Shown: positions 17,550-25,016 of the stretch, piece by piece
Layout of the letters: every line of letters starts with the position of its first letter
Numbering within the stretch: position 1 is the stretch's first letter
DNA from: a virus
Lineage: Duplodnaviria; Caudoviricetes
DNA length: 35,524 nucleotides
IMG/VR virus record: IMGVR_UViG_3300031857_011941
Coordinates: 1 to 35,524 of that record
Reading direction: 5' to 3' (one strand)
Made by a program: the position numbers and the translations under genes
The notes under the pieces: model-generated
Told to the model about the DNA's origin: nothing
Databases searched by the model: none
What the model saw: the letters and a program-made list of their open reading frames with translations, nothing else

Positions 17550-19021
17550 TAGTGTTCCTCGGTGTTTCGAAAATATTTTCGTATCATATCTTGATTAATT
17601 TTAATACCTGAAATAAACTCAAGTTTGTTTAAATTGGCTGCTTTAGAAATATGTACTAACTCACTGCCAAACATCAAATTCAATTGCTGGTTAACAACAT
17701 CCTGTAAATGTTGTAGATCATCGTTGTTCCATAACACAAGATACAATGATTGTTGTGGTTCATCCACTATGATGTCACCATCAAACCCAATCAACTTGCT
17801 TATGTTAGAAATTTTTGCTAAATCAATTTTTACATCATTGATTCGATACTGATTTGATTTTCCTAGATGTTGATAACAATTATGATCGATTTTTTTAAAC
17901 TTATCGTCCATGACATGATCAATCCATCCGTTTTTTGTTTGTACCCGTGTGCCATCTGGCAGCAAAGTCAATGTAAAATAATCGTCTAGTGTGTAAAAAA
18001 TTGTTGGATCAAACTCTTCGGCATTGCTGTCTGTTAATGAATTTATCATTACTGGTCCGCTAGTCTCAGTACAACCAAAAATACTTACAATTTTAATGTT
18101 GCGACCTTTGATTAAATTTTTGTACTGAGGTTTAATATAAGACAATGTATAAACAGTAAGATCCGTAAAACTCATGTTGAATTTAACTACTGAATTTAAG
18201 AAGTTATCCATCATAAAAGTATAAGGAAACAAAATATGATTTATGTCAAGATATTCAGTCCACGAGAGTTGATTTTTGATGTATTTTTCAATTTCTTCAA
18301 GATTTGATGAATCAATCCACGGAGCGCAAAAATGAAAATCTGATTTTAACAGCGCCGGCAAATAAAAAACAGGCATGGTACTACCATGATACAAATTTTT
18401 AATATGAACGACACGACCATTAAAATTTAAAACTTCAGCATTTCGTTGAGATATATCTAAAATATACTGATAGTTGTGTGTGATTTTTTTTGACACTCCG
18501 GTGCTACCTGATGTAGCCGACGACAACATTTGTGTTTTAGACCAATCAAAATTAAGATCTATTGATGATATATCGTTGGTGTTTGTATTTTCGTCTGAAC
18601 TTTTGATTTTTGGTAGCAGCCTAGAGTCAATTCGATGTTGTGAATTATTATTCCAGTAGCTCATGTCATCACACATATTATCCAACGTGTCATCATACAC
18701 TAATATATCCAATGGCATAAAATCTTTGTGCGATGAGCTATCATCAAACTTAGACTCTAACACTACAAAATTGGCACCAATTCCTATAGCGGCATACAAC
18801 ATACAAATGTATTCAAAATTAAGTTCGTGCAACAAACCAATGGAGGGATTGGTTTTTTGCAGGTTCAACGAACGATATATGTTAATCCACTTAGTGATTC
18901 CTTTTTCTAAATGATGGTGTCTGTATATAAAGGGACCATTACCATCATCATCTATTGATGCTTGAAAAAATCGAGCATTGCTGTTAACAAGGTCGCTCAG
19001 ATTTGATATTTGTGCAGTCAT
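17549..19021 (-). CDS. ANL-superfamily adenylate-forming (AMP-binding) enzyme
   Basis: SSATSGSTGVSKKITH P-loop and FGCTETSG motif; the region is visibly AT-rich. Confidence 0.7.
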   Translation of the reverse strand: MTAQISNLSDLVNSNARFFQASIDDDGNGPFIYRHHHLEKGITKWINIYRSLNLQKTNPSIGLLHELNFEYICMLYAAIGIGANFVVLESKFDDSSSHKDFMPLDILVYDDTLDNMCDDMSYWNNNSQHRIDSRLLPKIKSSDENTNTNDISSIDLNFDWSKTQMLSSATSGSTGVSKKITHNYQYILDISQRNAEVLNFNGRVVHIKNLYHGSTMPVFYLPALLKSDFHFCAPWIDSSNLEEIEKYIKNQLSWTEYLDINHILFPYTFMMDNFLNSVVKFNMSFTDLTVYTLSYIKPQYKNLIKGRNIKIVSIFGCTETSGPVMINSLTDSNAEEFDPTIFYTLDDYFTLTLLPDGTRVQTKNGWIDHVMDDKFKKIDHNCYQHLGKSNQYRINDVKIDLAKISNISKLIGFDGDIIVDEPQQSLYLVLWNNDDLQHLQDVVNQQLNLMFGSELVHISKAANLNKLEFISGIKINQDMIRKYFRNTEEH

Positions 19022-19026
19022 AGAAT

Positions 19027-19449
19027 TTAGTTATTGATTTCATACTTAATAAGAGCTCCGTTTTCACCATCTTCGGAGACCTCAATCCAGACAGCTCTGT
19101 CTGGATATCGATTTGCAATTTGAATGTACAGGTCATCTGACATCATTTCGCAAGATTTGTAGTCGAGTTGGAGTGCTCCATCGCGGTAGAGATTCTCGAG
19201 CCATCGCTTGAACTGAATGAATTCGATATCTCGATCATTGTGTAATACGTCGATCCAGACTCGAAAATGGAATATATGACGATGAGGCACGCCAAGAAAA
19301 CTAACATCGTATTCATCACCGGTTGCCAGAGCAGGATCACTAGCGGCAGCAGGGTACTTGTGGATGCCTTCTTTGCGGAAGGTGACCCAGATTTTTCTAT
19401 CTGCATATTGTTTAATTCTGTCAATTTTTTCTCGTTGCTCTTGATTCAT
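19027..19449 (-). CDS. dpdL: QueD-like T-fold protein, probable CDG decarboxylase
   Basis: FLGVPHRHIFHF = LxxxHRHxF, plus DRDIEFI, SCEM and VSEDGENGA; a canonical QueD is present separately. Confidence 0.7.
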   Translation of the reverse strand: MNQEQREKIDRIKQYADRKIWVTFRKEGIHKYPAAASDPALATGDEYDVSFLGVPHRHIFHFRVWIDVLHNDRDIEFIQFKRWLENLYRDGALQLDYKSCEMMSDDLYIQIANRYPDRAVWIEVSEDGENGALIKYEINN

Positions 19450-19476
19450 GTGTTACCTTTGGTTAGAACATAGTGT

Positions 19477-19505
19477 ATAATACTACAAATAATCATGTTT
19501 GTCTA
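19477..19505 (-). promoter_or_regulatory. sigma70-type promoter upstream of the dpdL-like gene
   Basis: TAGACA-17 nt-TATTAT. Confidence 0.55.
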
Positions 19506-20671
19506 TGGGTGTATATGTCCGAAAACACTGTGTGACTGTCCAGATGTCTGCGTTGATCAAGTTCTGCCAATCGATCAAACAGATTATGATAGCCGTTGTC
19601 TGACACAGGCACATCCAAACAATCCAGTACAAACTGTAGTTCCTGGTCGAATCTAGTGCCTGTTGGTGATCTTTGAGCAATGATTTCTTTGACCTCTGCA
19701 ATGTAGGATGCAGGTAATGCCCTGGCATCACACCAGATAAACTGATGTCCATTGTTGATATAGGCAAGATTCAAGTGATCATAATCACGTGCATGACCAT
19801 TGTCAAATAAGAAATCAACATAGTCCCATATGGTCTTGGCATTGAGTGCAGAGAACACCATGTTAAATTTGACCTTGTGTGTGGCGGGGATTGCGGCTTT
19901 GAGTATGTTTAAGTTTTCAGCAAACACTGTCCAATCACCAGGATAGCGAATGTAGTTGTATCTGTCGCCCATGTCCTCAGCACTGATCAACCAATCCACG
20001 TTGGGAAACTTGGTCAGTAGCTCAAAGATTCTGTTACCACGGATCATGCTGAGATTGGTATTCACAACAAGATGGCAGTGCGGATTGATCTCCAACAGCT
20101 TTTCCAGGATCACTTGGTTCTCTTTGATCAACAGTGGTTCGCCTCCGGCCATGTAAATCTTGCGCAAGTCTACAGCATTGTCCACAAAGTATTGTGTGAC
20201 ATCGGCAATGGCGCTTTCGTCAATCTTAACAAACTGTTTTAGCTCACTAGCCCAGGTTGAACTTAGATCAGGGCCGCAGTACACGCATCCATAGTTACAG
20301 GTATTTCTGAATCTCAAGTCAGCATACTGTAGTTTAAAGTTTTCAGGCCGATCAAAAAATGCTTTGTCTGGTTGCCATGTATCAAACTCAACCAGTTGAT
20401 TGTCTCGGTGATACTTGCGACCTTCATCAACGTTGTTTCCGGGTGCATAACAAACCTTACAGCCTTGAGCACGTTGGCCTGCCAACATCTCTTGCTTGAT
20501 TTGAATATTCTTGCTACCGTCCACAATATTTTGTAGTTTGGTCTCGTGTAAATTACCAAGATTGTTATGAGCAATACAACAACTGTCTACCCTGCCGTCG
20601 GTTTCTACATAGATACTGCCCCACGGCAATGGACAAAATGCATCATTGTTCCAGTATTGTGTATCACTCAT
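19493..20671 (-). CDS. radical SAM protein with an N-terminal SPASM/twitch-like domain
   Basis: FCPLPW...SCC...GCKVC, NTCNYGCVYC (CxxxCxxC) and MAGGEPLL. Confidence 0.85.
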   Translation of the reverse strand: MSDTQYWNNDAFCPLPWGSIYVETDGRVDSCCIAHNNLGNLHETKLQNIVDGSKNIQIKQEMLAGQRAQGCKVCYAPGNNVDEGRKYHRDNQLVEFDTWQPDKAFFDRPENFKLQYADLRFRNTCNYGCVYCGPDLSSTWASELKQFVKIDESAIADVTQYFVDNAVDLRKIYMAGGEPLLIKENQVILEKLLEINPHCHLVVNTNLSMIRGNRIFELLTKFPNVDWLISAEDMGDRYNYIRYPGDWTVFAENLNILKAAIPATHKVKFNMVFSALNAKTIWDYVDFLFDNGHARDYDHLNLAYINNGHQFIWCDARALPASYIAEVKEIIAQRSPTGTRFDQELQFVLDCLDVPVSDNGYHNLFDRLAELDQRRHLDSHTVFSDIYTHRQT

Positions 20672-20676
20672 GTATG

Positions 20677-21234
20677 TTATTCAAACGTAATATGTTTGTT
20701 AGATGTAGCCATAGACATAGCCTCTATCCGTTTTACTGCACTATCTGACACTCTGAATTGGTACGAGCGAGATCCTTTGACTGTGCGTTCAAAATACCCA
20801 TATGATCCACCAGAGATGTAGTTGCCACGATCACCGTCAATAATTTTTTGTCTAGCGATTTCGTAAGACTCTTCAAATTTTTCTTGTATGTAAGGCGAAG
20901 AAAAATCATAAACCTCTGAAGAAATAATCTTCTGATCTTTGGTCTTGACTCTAAGTTGCTGTTGAAGTTTTTCACAAATAACAGACTCGCGGTAGGATTT
21001 TTGAATGATATCTTCTGGAAGCATCGTGCCAACACTTTGTGCAGACGTGGAATCTATATCTCTTGACTTAACTTCGAGTCCAACTGAGGGTAGATCTGGT
21101 CCAGATTGATTTGATATTGGAAACCCTTGAGCACGAAGACGGTTTTCAATATTTCTGCCAGCGGCACCATGAGTTTTTGGAGGCACTGACTCGCCCACAA
21201 GATTCGCTTTGATTTTAGTGACTTTTACTTTCAT
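20677..21234 (-). CDS. putative PD-(D/E)xK endonuclease (MutH/Sau3AI-like layout)
   Basis: HGAAGRNIE helix followed by GPDLPSVGLEVKS (PD...ExK). Confidence 0.6.
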   Translation of the reverse strand: MKVKVTKIKANLVGESVPPKTHGAAGRNIENRLRAQGFPISNQSGPDLPSVGLEVKSRDIDSTSAQSVGTMLPEDIIQKSYRESVICEKLQQQLRVKTKDQKIISSEVYDFSSPYIQEKFEESYEIARQKIIDGDRGNYISGGSYGYFERTVKGSRSYQFRVSDSAVKRIEAMSMATSNKHITFE

Positions 21235-21740
21235 AGTACAGTATCCTTTGTATATTTAGACCAATCTGTAAACACCGAACGTTTTTGTAATGTGTGCAGA
21301 CTATGACACCATACACCAGGATTGGTTGCCGCAAAGTCCTTGTCATCTATTTTGACAGTGGCATTGTACCCTAGTTGTCGTATGTAAGGTATCTTGACAG
21401 AGATCATGGGAATAAAATTATTGTGCTCACACAGGCCAGATTCTAACAGACCTTCCACTTGCGAAACATCAATGTCCAATGTACATTGATATCCTTGATC
21501 CAAACATTGTTGAATCATGTTTTCCCAAGGTGTCCAAAACACACTATCGTTGGTGCGTATGCTAGACGGAAAGCTCATGTTAGCACCAAAGTAAATGTGC
21601 TCACAGTCAGCCAGTTGATCTTGTATATCTGTTGCGGATTGTAATCCTACTACAAACAATGTTTTCTTGCCGAATGCAGGAGTGTGTTCTACTTCTGTTC
21701 CAGTAAAGAACTTGACGTTGTTGTGACCTTGTCTATTCAT
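21231..21740 (-). CDS. hypothetical protein coupled to dpdA
   Basis: 4-nt overlap with the dpdA stop; GTEVEHTP, HIYFGAN and TNPGVW motifs. Confidence 0.7.
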   Translation of the reverse strand: MNRQGHNNVKFFTGTEVEHTPAFGKKTLFVVGLQSATDIQDQLADCEHIYFGANMSFPSSIRTNDSVFWTPWENMIQQCLDQGYQCTLDIDVSQVEGLLESGLCEHNNFIPMISVKIPYIRQLGYNATVKIDDKDFAATNPGVWCHSLHTLQKRSVFTDWSKYTKDTVL

Positions 21741-23320
21741 TGCTGTTCCTGTTCCAATTGATCTAACGCTGAGGTATCTAATTGTACACTATCATCGGAT
21801 TTGGTGTCAACTTCTGGTTCATCAAACGAGAATAATGCGTTGAACTGTGTTCGGGCATTCACCGCTTTCTTTCCTTTGAATCCACGGCCGCCTATAATTT
21901 CAGTCCAGTATCCAGTATCGCCACCGTACTTTTCAATTTCGGCTAGGCTGTTTTCTTTAGTTGAAGCTGAAAAGATGCGATCAATAATGTCCTCAAACTT
22001 GTCATAATCACCTTTGCTATATTGCATCATAGCAGGACGTGATCCTGCATCAAATCGTCGATTGGCTTCCTGTACCGCGGTCAAGTGCATCCAAACATTA
22101 TGTCCCATGAGCAAAGCATAGCTAAAACTATCCCAGGATGTTTTGCCTTCTTTGCCAATCTTGTTTAGGTCCCCTGGTTTGTAGATGCAGATGTCTTTCA
22201 TCTTGAACAAGTTGCTTAGTGGACTATCTTCCCAACGCGGATACACCCCGTCGGCTACTACTCCGTCACTCCACTTGCGTGTGTCTGTGGCATATTTTTT
22301 GTCGTCGGCTGAAGGAGCCATGCGATACGACCACTTTTGGTTGTGCTCGAAGACATTTTCAAAATACACCTGTCCGTTGGCTGTTGCAAGGAACGGACTG
22401 GCGCAGTCAAACGAGATAGTGAATTGCGGGTTGACATATTTTCTTACAGCTCTCTGAATTACAGTTAATAAAACGGCCCACTCCAACTTGGAGGTTCCCA
22501 AGAAGTGCATCCAATCATGTTTGCCCTCTTGTAGTAGATTGTCGTAGCGCAATGTCACTAAACGTTTGAGGATCAAGTGTACATCGCACATGTTTTGTCC
22601 ACCCATGCCCCACCCATCAAAATGTCGATCTGGGTACACAGCAGGGTCGCAGAAGTGTTTCATTTGCTGATACCATTCTTCTGCTGATGTATGGTTATCG
22701 CCTTGTAGCACATTTAAGAAACGTGCGCCACCTTGATCTTTGCCCTTACGGTGTTTGATAAAGTATTCATTGTTGAACTTGGTGGCCGCAACTGCTTCGT
22801 CTAGTGTTTTGATTTGACACGCATCACTAGCTTTCTTATCGTGGATAACCCAGGTGGGAATATCCAGCCCCATACCATAGTTGCTGATAGTGTCCAACCA
22901 AGTAAGCACAGACTCACGTTTCTTTTGTGCTTTGGCACAACCTGAGTTGGCTTTCCAGTCGCCTTCCCACAAGCCTTTGGCAATCTGGAATCCACCCGAG
23001 TCTCCTAGCATGATAGTGTTGGGATCACGATTACGAACCATGTCCTCCGACCAGTCCGTCTTGGTCAAGTCCAAGTTGGCATGACCACCAGAATACAGCG
23101 ACCATTTGTAAGGGAACAAGCCTTTAGAACTGTTGAGCCAGTTCATTTGTTCCATGTCAGTTAGTCCCTGTGGCAATCTAGCAGGATCTACATATGGTCC
23201 ATTTACGGGATCACGTTGCTTGCCCACAAACGTGGCGTAGAAGCCCGAGATTGCCGGAAGGAACACAGCATAGTCATTCTGCTTGGCAGTTAAGTTGTCT
23301 TGAACTACAGGCTCGGTCAT
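21737..23320 (-). CDS. dpdA: TGT-fold guanine transglycosylase, probably DNA-acting (DpdA-like)
   Basis: GDSGGFQ, GLDIP, NVLQG, GWGMGG, HFLG, SFDCASP and C-terminal HN; no CxCxxC zinc motif seen; adjacent to replication genes. Confidence 0.8.
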   Translation of the reverse strand: MTEPVVQDNLTAKQNDYAVFLPAISGFYATFVGKQRDPVNGPYVDPARLPQGLTDMEQMNWLNSSKGLFPYKWSLYSGGHANLDLTKTDWSEDMVRNRDPNTIMLGDSGGFQIAKGLWEGDWKANSGCAKAQKKRESVLTWLDTISNYGMGLDIPTWVIHDKKASDACQIKTLDEAVAATKFNNEYFIKHRKGKDQGGARFLNVLQGDNHTSAEEWYQQMKHFCDPAVYPDRHFDGWGMGGQNMCDVHLILKRLVTLRYDNLLQEGKHDWMHFLGTSKLEWAVLLTVIQRAVRKYVNPQFTISFDCASPFLATANGQVYFENVFEHNQKWSYRMAPSADDKKYATDTRKWSDGVVADGVYPRWEDSPLSNLFKMKDICIYKPGDLNKIGKEGKTSWDSFSYALLMGHNVWMHLTAVQEANRRFDAGSRPAMMQYSKGDYDKFEDIIDRIFSASTKENSLAEIEKYGGDTGYWTEIIGGRGFKGKKAVNARTQFNALFSFDEPEVDTKSDDSVQLDTSALDQLEQEQQ

Positions 23321-24042
23321 TACTTGCTTTGTGCCGGTAAGAGATAGTTGTAAACAGCAACACCGGAGTCTACTGTGATTTGTGCAACGCCATCATCGCT
23401 GATGCGAATTGTTTTGTCACCAACCAAGTCCATGATGCTGGCAAACTGTTTGGCTGGATAACTCCAAGCACGTTTCAATTGACCTGTGATGTCTGATTGA
23501 AACACAAAGTTGCCGGCGTGTGTAGAGTGATCACCAAAGTAAAACTTCAAGTCTGTGCCATCAGTTTTGACTTGAAAGTTTGGCTCTTCTGCGTTGGCAC
23601 TCATTTGCATTTTCAGTCGCATGATGCTGGCAACTGCAGGCTCAAACTCAATGTGCCAAGGCACAGATTTCATTCTAGCAGTTTTCAATTTCTCACTAAC
23701 AACACCCGATGTCATGAATCGATAGTTGTTTTTAAAGTCGCCTGTTTTGTTCACAAAGTCAATGCCATCTGGCTCTGTGGGTGTTTTGCGTGTGATAGTA
23801 AGTTTGGCATCCTCTTTATACTCTTGCAAGTTAAGCAAGGTTTTGAGTTTGCTCAAGTTGGGCATACCAAATGTACCAACAAAGTCGGGCACTGGATTTT
23901 TGTATTCGCCTTTGACGATCACGCTCAAATCTTCTGCCAGGCCCTCAATTTGTGTAGTGTTCTCATCGCCTACAATCTTGATCAGGTCAATGCAACCAAG
24001 ATCATATGTGTGTTGTACCAAGTCTAATAGACAGTCTCTCAT
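23320..24042 (-). CDS. probable DNA polymerase sliding clamp (gp45/PCNA-like)
   Basis: 240 aa, beta-rich pattern, FGMPNLSKL and terminal YNYLLPAQ, close to polB; inferred from size and context. Confidence 0.55.
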   Translation of the reverse strand: MRDCLLDLVQHTYDLGCIDLIKIVGDENTTQIEGLAEDLSVIVKGEYKNPVPDFVGTFGMPNLSKLKTLLNLQEYKEDAKLTITRKTPTEPDGIDFVNKTGDFKNNYRFMTSGVVSEKLKTARMKSVPWHIEFEPAVASIMRLKMQMSANAEEPNFQVKTDGTDLKFYFGDHSTHAGNFVFQSDITGQLKRAWSYPAKQFASIMDLVGDKTIRISDDGVAQITVDSGVAVYNYLLPAQSK

Positions 24043-24062
24043 AAGTTTCTCCTAAGTGTTTA

Positions 24063-24091
24063 AGTATACAGGGTTTATTTAGATCGCGCAA
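24063..24091 (-). promoter_or_regulatory. sigma70-type promoter with embedded GATCTAAATA upstream of the clamp-dpdA genes
   Basis: TTGCGC-17 nt (GATCTAAATAaaccctg)-TATACT, then AGGAGA SD. Confidence 0.65.
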
Positions 24092-25016
24092 CTATTTTGG
24101 CTAAAGTTTGTCCGCCTCTCAGCGAACTAATTTGGCCAGGACGTTGCAGTTCCAACCATGATAAATCACCAAGACCTGTGTGTTGATATAAGATATCAAA
24201 CCCTGCTGATTCGGCTGCCTGACAGATTGCTCGTCCAGGTGTGTAGCACATGAATTTTTGTTCAACTAATTGTACGCTGTGCGCACGATCACAATCGTTG
24301 ATGGTCATGATAACCACGCCACCAGGACGTAGTTTTTGATACAGCTCCGTAAGGTAGCGTGTAATTAGTTCAATAGGACGGAAGTTAAAATAGTTATAGG
24401 CAAAGATCAATCCAAACTGGTTATTAGGCAACGCGGCCAGTATGTGTTCATCTGTTTCGTTGATCACGTAAGGTCGCAGTCTTGCCCGGTATGTGTCATT
24501 GAACTCGCTTAGTGCAGGATCCATTAGATCTCGGTGTTGATCCACAATATACAAAGGATCCAATGGCACAAGTTCTTGTATGAATGTTTCACAGCTAGGC
24601 CTGATGATCATACCAGGCACACGCCAGTCAGTATAACTGCGTAGACGGGTGCGCAGGATCAGATTGCTTTCTTCGTCGATTGCTAGCTTTCTATTCAGCA
24701 GGTACTCGTTGCTTTCCCAGCACATTTCATCTTGATAGAATCGTGTGCTTTCTTTGTAGTAGGCAATTTCTTGCTTTTTGATCTGTAGATCAAGATCGCT
24801 TTTGAGTCCAGAGAACACTTTGTCAAATTGATCAAACGAATCCTTTACAGCAGAGAATCGTTTTTCAATACGATGTTTGTAAAATCCAATGTCTGACTCG
24901 TTGCTAGCAACCACATGATTTATAGCAGACAGCTCGTGTTCTGCCTGACCACGTATGGCGGTAAGACTCATACTTTCGAGTTGATTACGATAGGCAATAA
25001 TGCTACTGAGTTTCAT
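24075..25016 (-). CDS. protein with N-terminal helical region and C-terminal methyltransferase-like domain
   Basis: LPNNQFGLIFAYNYFNF...LYQKLRPGGVVIM; the glycine-rich motif I is degenerate. Confidence 0.55.
   Translation of the reverse strand: MKLSSIIAYRNQLESMSLTAIRGQAEHELSAINHVVASNESDIGFYKHRIEKRFSAVKDSFDQFDKVFSGLKSDLDLQIKKQEIAYYKESTRFYQDEMCWESNEYLLNRKLAIDEESNLILRTRLRSYTDWRVPGMIIRPSCETFIQELVPLDPLYIVDQHRDLMDPALSEFNDTYRARLRPYVINETDEHILAALPNNQFGLIFAYNYFNFRPIELITRYLTELYQKLRPGGVVIMTINDCDRAHSVQLVEQKFMCYTPGRAICQAAESAGFDILYQHTGLGDLSWLELQRPGQISSLRGGQTLAKIVARSK

Noticed and set aside
19463-19471. Mini-ORF ATG-TTC-TAA just after the dpdL promoter
   Set aside because: Two codons only, expected by chance; no evidence of a regulatory role
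21737-23320. Canonical tRNA-guanine transglycosylase for queuosine as an auxiliary metabolic gene
   Set aside because: No zinc CxCxxC motif and no queC/queF/queA seen, and it is adjacent to replication genes; a DNA-acting DpdA fits better, though this is unproven
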